In this document: in pieces, positions 18,288-28,137 of the stretch | How the letters are laid out: the number at the start of each line of letters is the position of its first letter | Numbering within the stretch: the stretch's first letter is position 1 | Source: an uncultured Chloroflexia bacterium | GTDB taxonomy: Bacteria > Chloroflexota > Limnocylindria > Limnocylindrales > CSP1-4 | Assembly: GCA_963813335.1 (NCBI GenBank) | Contig: CAWEYL010000001.1 | Span: 960,001-1,024,000, forward strand | Direction: 5' to 3' | Length of the DNA stretch: 64,000 nt | Notes under the pieces: generated by a model | What the model was told of the DNA's origin: nothing | Database searches by the model: none | What the model saw: only the letters and a program-made list of their open reading frames with translations | Made by a program: the position numbers and the translations under genes

Positions 18288-20480
18288 GTGGCTGTCACCC
18301 CACCCGTCCAGGCGCCGCCGCGCGAGATGGTCCCGAGCTGGCTCCACCGCCTCGCCGCGATCGGGTGGCGGGTGCTGGTCATCGTCGGCCTGGCCATCAT
18401 CGCGATCGCGCTCGCGATCAAGCTCGCGTCGGTCACCGCGTCGATCCTCGTCGCGCTGCTCATCTGCGCGACGTTCGGCCCCTACTCGGACCGGCTGCGC
18501 CGACGGGGCTGGTCCGGCACGAAGACCGCCGGCGTCGTGACGCTCGCCGTGATCGGGATCTTCGTGGGGGCGATCGTCCTGATCGTCCTGGCCATCCTCC
18601 CGGCCGTGTCCGACGTCCTCGCGGCGGTGGACCGGGGCATCAACATGATCGGGGCGTGGATGGTCTCCGTCGGGCTCTCGAGCGACCTGGCGACCACCAT
18701 CGAGCACCTCGACGAGCAGTTCGCCTCGTGGCTGTCCTCGAGCGCGCTCGGCCTGCTGAGCTCCGCCGCGTCGATCATCACCGTGGTGATGCTCGCCGGC
18801 TTCCTGACGTTCTACTTCCTCCAGGACGGCGAGAGCGCCGCGAACGTCCTCACGCAGAGCCTGCCGGAGGGCCGTCGCGGGCGCGCGCTCGACGCGGGCC
18901 GGGTCGCGATGTGGTCGGCTGGCGGCTACCTCCGGCGGACCGCCGTCCGGGCGACCATCCGCGGCGTCACGATGTTCGTCTTCCTCATCGTCCTCGGCGT
19001 CCCGCAGGCCAGTGCGCTTGCCGTGATCGTGTTCTTCGGCGGCTTCGTCCCCTATCTCGGCGCGATCTTCACCAGCATCATCGTGCTGCTCGCGGCCTAC
19101 GTGTCCGGCGGGCTGGGCACGGCGGTGCTGCTGGCCATCTTGATCGTGCTCGTCGTCCTGTTCGACGGGCGGATCCCGGCCCTGCGTGTGGACCCGAAGG
19201 GCGTGCGCCTGCACCCCGGCCTCGTGATCGTCGCGCTCCCGGCCGGCGCGGCACTGGCGGGCATCCCGGGCATGATCGTGGCCGTCCCGACGGTGGCGGT
19301 CGCCGTCGCCCTGGCCGGCACGGTCATCGAGGTCCTCAGCGGGCTGCCGCGCGGCGCCCCCCAGGTCCAGGTGGATGGCGAGGTCCCGATCTGGCTCGAT
19401 CGAGCGGCCCAGTGGAGCTGGCGGCTCCTGGTCGCGGCGGGCCTGCTCGGCCTGGTCCTCGCGGTCGGCTCGCTGATGCCCGGCATCATCGCCCCGATCC
19501 TCGTCGCCGTGACCCTCGCCGCGACCTTCGTGCCGGCAGTCCGGGCGCTCGAGCGACGCGGACTGACCCGCACGCGGTCGGCGGCGCTGATCAGCGTCGT
19601 CCTCTGGGTGGTCGTAGCCGTCGTGACGGTCCAGTCGCTGGCTGCCCTGGCCGGGCCCATGAGCGCGGCTCTCGCGGGGGCGGTCACCGGGAGCGGGCTG
19701 ATCGGCAGCCACCTCCCGCCCGACGTGTCCGGGACGCCGAGTGACGCCGCCTCCAGCGTCGCGGCGCCGATCCGCGAGGTGATCAGCGCGATCCTCGGAT
19801 CGGCCTTCGGCCTGTCCATCTTCCTGGTCCTGTCCGCGCTGCTCGCGTTCTACATGCTCAAGGACGGCGACGGCGCGTGGGCCGCCGCGATGTCGCGGGT
19901 CACCGGCTGGCGCCGCCGCGAGGTGGACATCGCGGCCCACGATTCGGTCACCAAGCTCGGCGGGTACATGATCGCCACCGGCTCCCTCGGCCTCTTCAAC
20001 GCCGTGACCGGCTACGTGATCATGATGCTGCTCGGCCTGCCGCTGGCGCTGCCCGTCGCGGTGCTGTCGTTCTTCGGCGGGTTCATCCCGTACATCGGCC
20101 AGTTCATCACGAGCCTCATCGGGTTCCTGATCGCGTTCGCCTTCGGATCGACCCAGGACATCATCATCATGGGCATCTACACGGCCGTCATGAACGTCGT
20201 CCAGGGCAGCGTCATCGCGCCGCTCGTCTACGGCCGGGCGGTCAGCCTCCATCCCGCGGTCGTGCTCGTGGCCATCCCCGCCGGGGGGTCGCTGGCCGGC
20301 ATCCTCGGGATGTTCCTCGCCGTCCCGCTCCTGGGCATCGCGGCCGGCGTCTGGCGCCACCTGCTGGCAGCCATCGGCTCCGAGGACCCCGCGCTCAAGG
20401 CGGCCGCGGCCCAGACCGCGACCCCGGCCGTCGCCGCGCCGATCCAGGCACCGATCCCGGGTCCCGCGCCCGGGACATGA
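18288..20480 (+). CDS. AI-2E family transporter with two tandem AI-2E domains
   Basis: Two repeats of W-L-x-R..W-R, FYFLQDG / FYMLKDG, FVPYLG / FIPYIG, LHPGLVIVAL / LHPAVVLVAI, G..G..GM..AVP. Start uncertain (18237 or 18288). Confidence 0.87.
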   Translation: MAVTPPVQAPPREMVPSWLHRLAAIGWRVLVIVGLAIIAIALAIKLASVTASILVALLICATFGPYSDRLRRRGWSGTKTAGVVTLAVIGIFVGAIVLIVLAILPAVSDVLAAVDRGINMIGAWMVSVGLSSDLATTIEHLDEQFASWLSSSALGLLSSAASIITVVMLAGFLTFYFLQDGESAANVLTQSLPEGRRGRALDAGRVAMWSAGGYLRRTAVRATIRGVTMFVFLIVLGVPQASALAVIVFFGGFVPYLGAIFTSIIVLLAAYVSGGLGTAVLLAILIVLVVLFDGRIPALRVDPKGVRLHPGLVIVALPAGAALAGIPGMIVAVPTVAVAVALAGTVIEVLSGLPRGAPQVQVDGEVPIWLDRAAQWSWRLLVAAGLLGLVLAVGSLMPGIIAPILVAVTLAATFVPAVRALERRGLTRTRSAALISVVLWVVVAVVTVQSLAALAGPMSAALAGAVTGSGLIGSHLPPDVSGTPSDAASSVAAPIREVISAILGSAFGLSIFLVLSALLAFYMLKDGDGAWAAAMSRVTGWRRREVDIAAHDSVTKLGGYMIATGSLGLFNAVTGYVIMMLLGLPLALPVAVLSFFGGFIPYIGQFITSLIGFLIAFAFGSTQDIIIMGIYTAVMNVVQGSVIAPLVYGRAVSLHPAVVLVAIPAGGSLAGILGMFLAVPLLGIAAGVWRHLLAAIGSEDPALKAAAAQTATPAVAAPIQAPIPGPAPGT

Positions 20481-20481
20481 A

Positions 20482-20509
20482 ACGAGCGGGCCGTCACCGG
20501 CCCGCTCGT
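20482..20509. terminator. Perfect 12-bp hairpin between convergent AI-2E and ftsH genes
   Basis: ACGAGCGGGCCG-TCAC-CGGCCCGCTCGT; only a short A/T run flanks it. Confidence 0.65.
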
Positions 20510-20537
20510 CGCGCGGTCGTCCTGGTCCGTCAGCGGC

Positions 20538-22439
20538 TCACGCCGGCTGCGGGTTCGGCTCGGCTACCGGCTGTCCCGGGCCGAGGATCGTCGGCGCGCC
20601 GCGCAGCAGCTCCTTCGGGGGAAGGTCGCTGAACAGCGCCTCGAAGCCGTCGCTGTCGACGGTCTCCTCGGCGACCAGCTTCTCGGCGAGGGCGATCAGC
20701 TTGTCCTTGTGCGTGGTCAGGACCTCGGTCGCCCGCTCGTACGCCTTGTCGATGATGGCGCGCACTTCCTCGTCGATGGTCTTGGCGACCTCGTCGGAGT
20801 AGTTGCGCTGCTCGCCGATCTCGCGGCCCAGGAAGACGAGCTCGTCGCGCTTCCCGAACGAGAGCGGGCCGAGCTTGTCGCTCATCCCGAACTCGGTGAC
20901 CATCCGGCGGGCCAGGTCGGTCGCCTTCTCGATGTCGTTGCTGGCGCCCGTCGTCGTGTCGCCGAAGATCATCCGCTCGGCGACGTTGCCGCCCAGCAGG
21001 CCGGCGATCTTGTCCTCGAACTCGGACTTCGACTGGAGGTAGCGGTCCTCCTGCGGCAGTGCCATGGTGTAGCCGAGGGCCATGCCGCGGCTGATGATGG
21101 TGACCTTGGCCACCGGGTCGCACTTGGGGAGGATGCGCTGCACGACGGCGTGCCCGCCCTCGTGGTAGGCGATGATCGCCTTCTCCGCGTCGGAGATGAG
21201 CCGGGACTTGCGCTCCGGGCCGGCCACGATCCGCTCCAGGGCCTCCTGGAACTCGGACATGCCGATGACCTTCTTGTTGCGCCGGGCGGACAGGATGGCC
21301 GCCTCGTTGACGAGGTTGGCGAGGTCAGCGCCCGAGAACCCGGGCGACTGGCGCGCCACGCCTTCGACATCGACGCCCTTGTCGAGCGGCTTGCCCTTGG
21401 TGTGGACCCGCAGGATCTCGGTCCGGCCGCGCATGTCGGGCCGGTCGAGGATGACCTGGCGGTCGAAGCGGCCCGGGCGCAGCAGCGCCGGGTCGAGGAC
21501 GTCCGGCCGGTTGGTGGCCGCCACGACGATCACGTTGGTGTTCGTGTCGAAGCCGTCCATCTCGACGAGGATCTGGTTGAGCGTCTGCTCGCGCTCGTCG
21601 TGGCTGCCGCCGAGGCCGGCACCGCGCTGGCGGCCGACCGCGTCGATCTCGTCGACGAAGACGATGCATGGCGAGTTGCGCTTGGCCTGGTCGAACAGGT
21701 CGCGGACGCGGCTGGCGCCGACGCCGACGAACATCTCGACGAACTCGGAGCCCGAGATGCTGAAGAACGGGACGCCGGCCTCACCCGCGACCGCGCGGGC
21801 CATCAGGGTCTTGCCGGTGCCGGGGGGGCCGACGAGGAGCACGCCGCGCGGGATCCGGGCGCCGAGCGAGTTGAACTTCTCCGGGTACTTCAGGAACTCG
21901 ACGACTTCCTGGAGCTCGGTCTTCGCCTCGTCGACGCCGGCCACGTCGTTGAACGTGACGACGGTCTTGTTGCCGAGGAACATCCGGGCGCGGCTCTTGC
22001 CGAAGCTGAGGGCCTGGTTATTGGTCCCCTGGGCCTGACGCATCATGAAGAAGATGAAGCCGCCGATCACGAGCAGCGGGAGCAGCCCCGTGAGGAGCAG
22101 GCCGAGCCACGACGTGTCGGGGACCGGCTTCGCCTCGTAGATGTCAGATGGCAGGACCTTGGGAAGCGCGGCCGTGACCATGTCCGACCAGACGTTGGTG
22201 AGGCCGGCGACACCCGGGACGACGACGGTCACGGTCTTGCCGTCCTGGCCGGTCACGGTGAGCGTGTCGCTCTCCTGGGAGACGTGCTTGACCGAGCCGG
22301 CCGCGACGTCCGCGAGGAACTGGGAGTAGCCGACCGGGGTGGTCGGGGTGCTGGCCGTGATCCAGGTGAACAGCAGAGCGGCCGTGCCCAGCACGAGCAC
22401 GATCATCACGATGCCGTTCCGGAAGAACTTGGGGTTCAA
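20538..22439 (-). CDS. ftsH: ATP-dependent zinc metalloprotease FtsH
   Basis: Two TM helices, [51 protein letters not shown] start; TATACT at 22492-22497 (minus). Confidence 0.96.
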   Translation of the reverse strand: MNPKFFRNGIVMIVLVLGTAALLFTWITASTPTTPVGYSQFLADVAAGSVKHVSQESDTLTVTGQDGKTVTVVVPGVAGLTNVWSDMVTAALPKVLPSDIYEAKPVPDTSWLGLLLTGLLPLLVIGGFIFFMMRQAQGTNNQALSFGKSRARMFLGNKTVVTFNDVAGVDEAKTELQEVVEFLKYPEKFNSLGARIPRGVLLVGPPGTGKTLMARAVAGEAGVPFFSISGSEFVEMFVGVGASRVRDLFDQAKRNSPCIVFVDEIDAVGRQRGAGLGGSHDEREQTLNQILVEMDGFDTNTNVIVVAATNRPDVLDPALLRPGRFDRQVILDRPDMRGRTEILRVHTKGKPLDKGVDVEGVARQSPGFSGADLANLVNEAAILSARRNKKVIGMSEFQEALERIVAGPERKSRLISDAEKAIIAYHEGGHAVVQRILPKCDPVAKVTIISRGMALGYTMALPQEDRYLQSKSEFEDKIAGLLGGNVAERMIFGDTTTGASNDIEKATDLARRMVTEFGMSDKLGPLSFGKRDELVFLGREIGEQRNYSDEVAKTIDEEVRAIIDKAYERATEVLTTHKDKLIALAEKLVAEETVDSDGFEALFSDLPPKELLRGAPTILGPGQPVAEPNPQPA

Positions 22440-22602
22440 CGAGGGAGCCTCCGGGGGGTACGGACGACGCCGGTGCGCCGCCGCTCGGCCGAGTATAGCG
22501 CCGGGACGGCAGACCACCCTGGGACGGAGGTCCTGGCCCGAACATGGGTACGGACGGCCGCCACGGCCGGATGGTGGCGCGCCCCCACATGAAGGAATCG
22601 CA

Positions 22603-22627
22603 ACGGCCCTCCCGCTGGGAGGGCCGT
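22603..22627 (-). terminator. Hairpin downstream of the tRNA
   Basis: ACGGCCCTCCC-GCT-GGGAGGGCCGT, an 11-bp stem about 16 nt past the tRNA CCA. Confidence 0.6.
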
Positions 22628-22643
22628 CGACCGGTGTCGGGGT

Positions 22644-22718
22644 TGGTAGCGGAGGGCGGATTTGAACCACCGACCAAGGGCTTATGAGTCCCCTGCTCTA
22701 CCACTGAGCTACTCCGCC
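22644..22718 (-). tRNA. tRNA with CAT anticodon, probably tRNA-Ile2 (lysidine), alternatively elongator Met
   Basis: GGCGGAGTAGCTCAGTGGTAGAGCAGGGGACTCATAAGCCCTTGGTCGGTGGTTCAAATCCGCCCTCCGCTACCA: cloverleaf with encoded CCA. The paired first base pair argues against initiator tRNA. Confidence 0.92.
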
Positions 22719-22790
22719 AAGGCCACCGATTCTAGCAAACGAGGTCCAGACGAGCCATCGGTGGCCCGGCGGGCGGGCTGATGCCCGCGG

Positions 22791-23102
22791 TCAGATCCCG
22801 AGCAGCTTCGCCTTCGCCGCGGCGAATTCCTCGTCGCTGAGGACGCCGGAGGTGTGGAGGCCGGCCAGGTTCTGGAGCTGGGCCATGGTCGGGTCGACCG
22901 CCGGGGCTGCCGGGGCAGCCTGGGCCTGCTGCGCCTCGAGCGCCGCGATCTGCGCGCTCTGCTCGGCGTCCTGCTGGGCCGCCGCCTGCTGCTGCTGCTG
23001 GGCCGCGGCGCTCTTGTTGGCGCTCGAGGCGCCCACGTGCGCTGCGGTCCCCACGACCGCGGCCGTCATCAAGAGGCTGGGGCCTCGTCGTCGTCGCATC
23101 AT
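22791..23102 (-). CDS. SHOCT domain-containing protein
   Basis: LLMTAAVVGTA N-terminus, Q/A-rich linker, QLQNLAGLHTSGVLSDEEFAAAKAKLLG. Confidence 0.85.
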   Translation of the reverse strand: MMRRRRGPSLLMTAAVVGTAAHVGASSANKSAAAQQQQQAAAQQDAEQSAQIAALEAQQAQAAPAAPAVDPTMAQLQNLAGLHTSGVLSDEEFAAAKAKLLGI

Positions 23103-23128
23103 CGTCGTCGTCTCCTGTCGTGTTGCGG

Positions 23129-23572
23129 TCAGGCCGGGATGGCGTCGAGCTCGGCGTTGAGCATCTCGAGCGCCTCGGGCGGGATGGTGCTGCGCGCCAC
23201 GAGGAAGCCGCCGGCGTTGCCGATGGCGTCCTTGATGCGCACCGCCCAGCGGTGCTCGAACAGCACGATGAGCGCCGAGGTGTCGGTCGGCAGCACATCG
23301 GCGATCTTCTCGATGTCCTCGGGCGTGAGCAGGCCCATCAGGTCGGACATCATCGGCGTGAAGCTGGCGAACCGCTCGTCAGCCTTGTTGTCGACCTCGA
23401 CGACGGCCACGTCGCCCGCGGTGTCCTTGGTCACGAAGACCAGGTCGACGAGGCGGATGACGCCGCTCTCGACGACCCGCTGGATCTCGTCGGCGATCCG
23501 GCCGGTGAAGTTGTTCCCCTCGAATCCGATCACGGTGTACTCGAGTGGTCCGAGTGTCATTGGAGCCTCCAT
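23129..23572 (-). CDS. DUF6325/DUF1269-like protein
   Basis: LGPLEYTVIGFEGNNFTG, GVIRLVDLVFVTKD, LIVLFEHRWA; commonly paired with a SHOCT protein. Start may be 23560. Confidence 0.8.
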   Translation of the reverse strand: MEAPMTLGPLEYTVIGFEGNNFTGRIADEIQRVVESGVIRLVDLVFVTKDTAGDVAVVEVDNKADERFASFTPMMSDLMGLLTPEDIEKIADVLPTDTSALIVLFEHRWAVRIKDAIGNAGGFLVARSTIPPEALEMLNAELDAIPA

Positions 23573-23714
23573 CTGGATGCGCCGGCAGCGACGAGCGTCG
23601 TCCCGACTGGGTCGGACTGGGAACCAGGTCCGGTGGCGGGTCCCCGGTCGTAGGTGTGCGGGCCCCCCACTATACGCTCGGCTGGGGGCGGACGATGCCC
23701 CGCAGCCGAGGTCG

Positions 23715-24236
23715 TCAGTCGCCCGGGCCGAACAGGAGTGTCAGCCAGCGGTCGAGCGGGCTGACCCGGCCGGCCGCGGAGCCGAGGCGGACGCTCGCCG
23801 ATCCGGGCGCATCGTCGGCGAGGGGCGGCGCGTCCGGGGCGAGCGCGAAGGCGATCTCCTTGCGCCCGCCGAGGCCGTAGGCGCGGGCCGCCTGCTGGAC
23901 GAAGCCCGGCTGCTGGATCTGCGAGAGCTCGCGCGACATCGCGTCGACCTGGGTCGTCAGGGCGGCGTTGTCGGTCGCCATCTGCTCCGCGCGCGCCGTC
24001 GCCGCCGACGCGGCTCCGACCTGGCGGGCGAAGACGACGATCACCCACACGGCCACGAGGGCGCCGAGCAGCGCCGCGGTCCGCCGGCGGGTCAGGCCGG
24101 CGATCGCGAGGGTCGAGAGGTCCGCGGGTGGGCGCTCGAGGTCCCCGGGATCCGTCGAGGGCGCCCCGCGGCGGGCGCTGTCGAGGGACTCCGCCTCGTC
24201 GTCGGCGGTCGTGGGGGCGTTCGGTCGGCGAACCAT
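23715..24236 (-). CDS. Septum-formation initiator (DivIC/FtsB-like)
   Basis: Single TM helix, coiled coil, FVQQAARAYGLGGRKEI motif. Confidence 0.7.
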   Translation of the reverse strand: MVRRPNAPTTADDEAESLDSARRGAPSTDPGDLERPPADLSTLAIAGLTRRRTAALLGALVAVWVIVVFARQVGAASAATARAEQMATDNAALTTQVDAMSRELSQIQQPGFVQQAARAYGLGGRKEIAFALAPDAPPLADDAPGSASVRLGSAAGRVSPLDRWLTLLFGPGD

Positions 24237-24340
24237 CCGGGCGAGGGTAGACTAACCCGCAACGAGGCGTCAACCCGGGCCGGTGTGACAGCCGAGGTGG
24301 CACAGCCGAGTGGAACGGTGCTGCTAGACTGCCACGGATT

Positions 24341-24354
24341 CGAACATCTGTGCG
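24341..24354 (+). promoter_or_regulatory. Putative LexA (SOS) box
   Basis: CGAACATCTGTGCG matches GAAC-N4-GTTC with one mismatch, 14 nt upstream of a DNA-repair helicase ATG. Confidence 0.55.
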
Positions 24355-24368
24355 ATATGAGGTCCGGC

Positions 24369-26693
24369 ATGCGAACCTACGCCCCGGCTGCCGCCGACGA
24401 TGTCCTGGCCGATCTGCTCAGCGAACCGTCCATGGCCCGGGGCGTGGTCCACCACGAGACCATCCCGGCGCGGCCGGCCATCTTCGGCGACTTCCCCGCC
24501 TGGCTCGACCCGCGGATCGTGGCCGGGCTGGCGGCCCGCGGGGTCGAGCGACCGTACCTCCACCAGGCCGAGGCCATCGAGGCGGTCCATGCCGGCGAGG
24601 ACGTGGTGGTCGTCACGCCCACCGCGTCCGGCAAGACGCTGTGCTACACGCTCCCGGTCCTGCAGGCCATCGCGGACGACCCGTCGGCACGGGCCCTGTT
24701 CCTGTTCCCGACCAAGGCGCTCGGCCAGGACCAGGTGACCGAGTTCGGCGAGCTCTCGGCCGCGATCGGGATGACGATCTCGACATCGACGTACGACGGC
24801 GACACGCCGGCGCCGATCCGCTCGGCGATCCGCTCGGCCGGGCAGGTCGTCGTCACGAACCCGGACATGCTCCACTCCGCGATCCTGCCGCACCACACGA
24901 AGTGGTTCCAGCTGTTCGAGCAGCTGCAGGTGATCGTGATCGACGAGCTGCACACCTACCGGGGCGTCTTCGGCAGCCATGTCGCCAACGTGCTGCGACG
25001 GCTCCTCCGCATCTGCGCCCACTACGGCAGCCGGCCGGTGATCGTGTGCTGCTCGGCCACCATCGGCAACCCGGGCGAGCTGGCCAGGGCGCTCACCGGG
25101 CGCCCGGCCCGCCTGATCGACCGCAACGGGGCGCCGTCCGGCGAGCGGCATGTCCTCCTGGTGGACCCGCCGATCCTCCACCCGGCGAGCGGTGCCCGAG
25201 GGTCCGCGGAGACGCTCGCCCAGCGCTGGGCCCTCCCCTTCGTGCGGGCCGGACGGCAGACGATCGTGTTCGGCCGCTCGCGGGTCGCCGTGGAGATCCT
25301 GCTCACCGGCCTCCGCGAATCGCTGCGCGAGCACTACGGGCCGCGCAGCCGGGTCCGCGGCTATCGCGGCGGCTACCTGCCCACGGAGCGCCGCGCCATC
25401 GAGCGCGGCCTGCGCGACGGCGAGATCCTCGGGGTCGTCGCCACCAACGCCCTCGAGCTCGGCGTGGACATCGGCCGGCTCGACGTCTCCGTCCTGGCCG
25501 GCTATCCGGGCTCGGTCGCGGCGACGTGGCAGCAGATCGGACGCTCCGGCCGACGCCAGGGCACGAGCGTCGCGGTGCTGGTGGCGTCCGGCGCGCCCGT
25601 CGACCAGTACGTCGTCCACCACCCGTCGTTCCTCTTCGACGGGACGCCGGAGGAGGCCAGGCTCGACCCGGACAACCTCCACGTCATCCTCGCCCACCTG
25701 CGGGCTGCGACCTTCGAGCTACCGTTCGAACCAGGCGAGGTCTTCGGGCCGGCGCCGGTCGACGACCTGCTGGCGTTCCTCGCCGAGGAGGCCCACGTCC
25801 GCCAGGCGACCGACGGCCGCTGGTACTGGGCGAGCGAGAACTTCCCCGCCTCCGAGATCTCGCTGCGCGCCGCCGCCCCGGAGAACGTCGTGATCATCGA
25901 CACGACACCGGACCGCCCGCGGGTCCTCGGGGAGGTGGACCTGTTCAGCGCCCAGGTCCTGGTCCACGAGCGGGCGATCTACATCCACGAATCGATCCAG
26001 TACTACGTCGACCGCCTCGAATGGCACGAGCGCAAGGCCTACGTCCACCGCGTCGACGTCGACCACTACACGTACGCGAACCGGGCCGTGACGCTCAAGC
26101 CGCTGGAGGAATTCGCCAAGGCGCCGGCGGTCGGCGGGCAGCGCATCCACGGCGAGGTGATGGTCGCGAGCCTCGTGACGCTGTTCAAGAAGCTGAAGTT
26201 CATCACCGACGAGAACGTCGGCTGGGGCCCCATCGACCTGCCCGAGCTCGAGCTGCAGACCACGGCCTACTGGCTGACCGCGGACGAGGCCCGCGGCCGC
26301 TGGCGGCATGACGAGCTCGACATCGCCATGCTCGGGGCCGGGCGGGCCATCCAGACCGTCGCGGCGATCCTGCTGATGGTCGACCCGCGCGACCTCGGGC
26401 TGGTGACCCAGGTGCGCTCCCCGCATGCCGAGGCGCCGACCATCTACCTGTACGAGGCGGTCCCGGGCGGGATCGGGCTGTCCGAGCGCCTCTGGGAGCG
26501 TCACGAGGAGCTCCTCGACCTGGCCGCCGGCCTCATCGCCGGCTGCGACTGCGACGCCGGCTGTCCGGCCTGCACCGGACCGCGCCTCGAGCCGGGCGTC
26601 GATGCCCGACGGCTCGCGCTCCGGCTTCTTGGCGACCTGGGCGCCACCGCCGCCTCCGGCGCCCGCCCGGGCGCCGTGGCCGCCGCGGGATGA
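24369..26693 (+). CDS. DEAD/DEAH-box helicase with DUF1998 (MrfA/YprA/Hrq1-like)
   Basis: PTASGKT, FPTKALGQDQ, TNPDMLH, IDELHTY, SATIGNP, TNALELGVDIG, QQIGRSGRR, YEAVPGGIG, CDCDAGCPAC. Confidence 0.92.
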   Translation: MRTYAPAAADDVLADLLSEPSMARGVVHHETIPARPAIFGDFPAWLDPRIVAGLAARGVERPYLHQAEAIEAVHAGEDVVVVTPTASGKTLCYTLPVLQAIADDPSARALFLFPTKALGQDQVTEFGELSAAIGMTISTSTYDGDTPAPIRSAIRSAGQVVVTNPDMLHSAILPHHTKWFQLFEQLQVIVIDELHTYRGVFGSHVANVLRRLLRICAHYGSRPVIVCCSATIGNPGELARALTGRPARLIDRNGAPSGERHVLLVDPPILHPASGARGSAETLAQRWALPFVRAGRQTIVFGRSRVAVEILLTGLRESLREHYGPRSRVRGYRGGYLPTERRAIERGLRDGEILGVVATNALELGVDIGRLDVSVLAGYPGSVAATWQQIGRSGRRQGTSVAVLVASGAPVDQYVVHHPSFLFDGTPEEARLDPDNLHVILAHLRAATFELPFEPGEVFGPAPVDDLLAFLAEEAHVRQATDGRWYWASENFPASEISLRAAAPENVVIIDTTPDRPRVLGEVDLFSAQVLVHERAIYIHESIQYYVDRLEWHERKAYVHRVDVDHYTYANRAVTLKPLEEFAKAPAVGGQRIHGEVMVASLVTLFKKLKFITDENVGWGPIDLPELELQTTAYWLTADEARGRWRHDELDIAMLGAGRAIQTVAAILLMVDPRDLGLVTQVRSPHAEAPTIYLYEAVPGGIGLSERLWERHEELLDLAAGLIAGCDCDAGCPACTGPRLEPGVDARRLALRLLGDLGATAASGARPGAVAAAG

Positions 26694-28096
26694 CCCTCCG
26701 GGCACCGACGGGCGACGAGCGGCTCGTCCGGCGGCTCGAGCGCTACCGGGCGGCGACGCGGGGATCGGCCCGGGACCTCGACCTCGACGAGCGCCGGCCG
26801 CTCCCGCACTCCCGGATCGACGGGCACGTCCTCGCAGAGCGGCTGGCCCGCGCCGTGGACGGCGAGGTCGTGCGAACGGCGCACGGGACCGTCGTTCGCT
26901 GCGAGGTCCCCGTCCGGACGATCGGGCTCGACCGGGGGCGGCTGGCATCGCTCCCCGGGCAGCCGCCCGCGGACGTGCCGCTGGTCTGCCTCGACACGGA
27001 GACGACAGGGCTGGCCACCGCGGCCGGGACCGTGGCGTTCCTCATCGGCCTCGGCTGGTGGGTCGGCGACACCTTCCGGCAGGTCCAGCTGCTGCTCCCC
27101 GACCACGGCGAGGAGCCGGCCCTGCTCGAGGCCATCGCGGCGCACCTGCCGCACGACGCCTGGCTGGTGACCTACAACGGTCGTGGCTTCGACTGGCCCC
27201 TGCTCGTGGCCCGCTACCGGATGCACGGCCGCCCCGCCCCGGTCCACGCCGGCCATCTCGACCTGCTCCCGACCGTCCGTCGGCTGTTCCGCCATCGCCT
27301 CGAGGACGCACGGCTGCGATCCGTGGAGGCGGGACTGCTCGGGATGCACCGCCACGGCGACGTCGAGGGCTGGGAGATCCCCGGCCGCTACCTCGGGTTC
27401 CTGCGTGGTGGCCCGGCCGAGCCGCTCGCGCCGGTCGTCCGCCACAACGACCAGGACGTCCGCTCGCTGGCGCGGCTGCTCGCCGTCCTCGACGCGGGGT
27501 ACGCCACCGAGGATGCCCGTCGGTCGGCGCCGGCGGGCGATCTCGCCGGCCTCGCCCGTGCCTTCGCCCGGGTAGGCCGGCTCGACGAGTCGCTCGGCTG
27601 CCTCGACGCCGCGCTGGCGGGCGCGCCGACCCACGCCGCACCCCGACCCGCCGCGCCGACACGGCCGACCGCCGCCGTCCGCGAGGAACCGTGGTGGTCC
27701 CCCAGCGTCGCGGCCGACTTCGGCGGGGCCAGGTCCGCGATCTCGTCGGGCCCCGCGAAGCCGCGCACCGCCGCCTTCGCCGCGCCCTGGTCGGACGAGC
27801 GCATCGCCGCCGAGCGCGCGCACCTCCTGCGGCGCCTCGGACGCTGGGACGAGGCCGCCGATGCCTGGTCCGCGCTCGCCGCGGGACCGGGGCGGACCGC
27901 GGTCGTCGCCGCGATCGAGCTGGCCAAGCTCCGCGAGCACCGCCTGCGCGATCCGCGCGGAGCGCTGTCGGCCGCCGCCGCGGGACTCGCGGCCACGGAC
28001 CGGCGGGCCCGGCTCGGACGGCCGGAACCGCGGCTCGAGGCGGACCTGCGCATCCGCGCCCGGCGATTGCGGCGGCGGCTGGCGTCGATCGGCTGA
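26690..28096 (+). CDS. RNase H-like exonuclease with TPR-like tail (MrfB/YprB-like)
   Basis: LDTETTGL, AFLIGLG, VTYNGRGFDWPLL, HLDLL, RHNDQDV, ELAKLREHR. Start overlaps the helicase stop (ATGA). Confidence 0.87.
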   Translation: MTLRAPTGDERLVRRLERYRAATRGSARDLDLDERRPLPHSRIDGHVLAERLARAVDGEVVRTAHGTVVRCEVPVRTIGLDRGRLASLPGQPPADVPLVCLDTETTGLATAAGTVAFLIGLGWWVGDTFRQVQLLLPDHGEEPALLEAIAAHLPHDAWLVTYNGRGFDWPLLVARYRMHGRPAPVHAGHLDLLPTVRRLFRHRLEDARLRSVEAGLLGMHRHGDVEGWEIPGRYLGFLRGGPAEPLAPVVRHNDQDVRSLARLLAVLDAGYATEDARRSAPAGDLAGLARAFARVGRLDESLGCLDAALAGAPTHAAPRPAAPTRPTAAVREEPWWSPSVAADFGGARSAISSGPAKPRTAAFAAPWSDERIAAERAHLLRRLGRWDEAADAWSALAAGPGRTAVVAAIELAKLREHRLRDPRGALSAAAAGLAATDRRARLGRPEPRLEADLRIRARRLRRRLASIG

Positions 28097-28137
28097 CGCG
28101 CGGGACGGCGGCGGCCGGGTCGCCGCCCCGGCGAGCC

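Noticed and set aside
22644-23572. tRNA as a genomic-island integration site
   Set aside because: No duplicated tRNA 3' end, integrase or compositional shift is visible.
22854-24368. Apparent 500-aa N-terminal extension of the helicase (1279-aa ORF)
   Set aside because: It overlaps three real minus-strand genes; helicase homology begins at ATG 24369.
24369-28096. DUF1998 helicase as part of a DISARM/Druantia-type defence system
   Set aside because: No methylase or other defence genes are adjacent; pairing with a YprB-type nuclease fits MrfAB repair.
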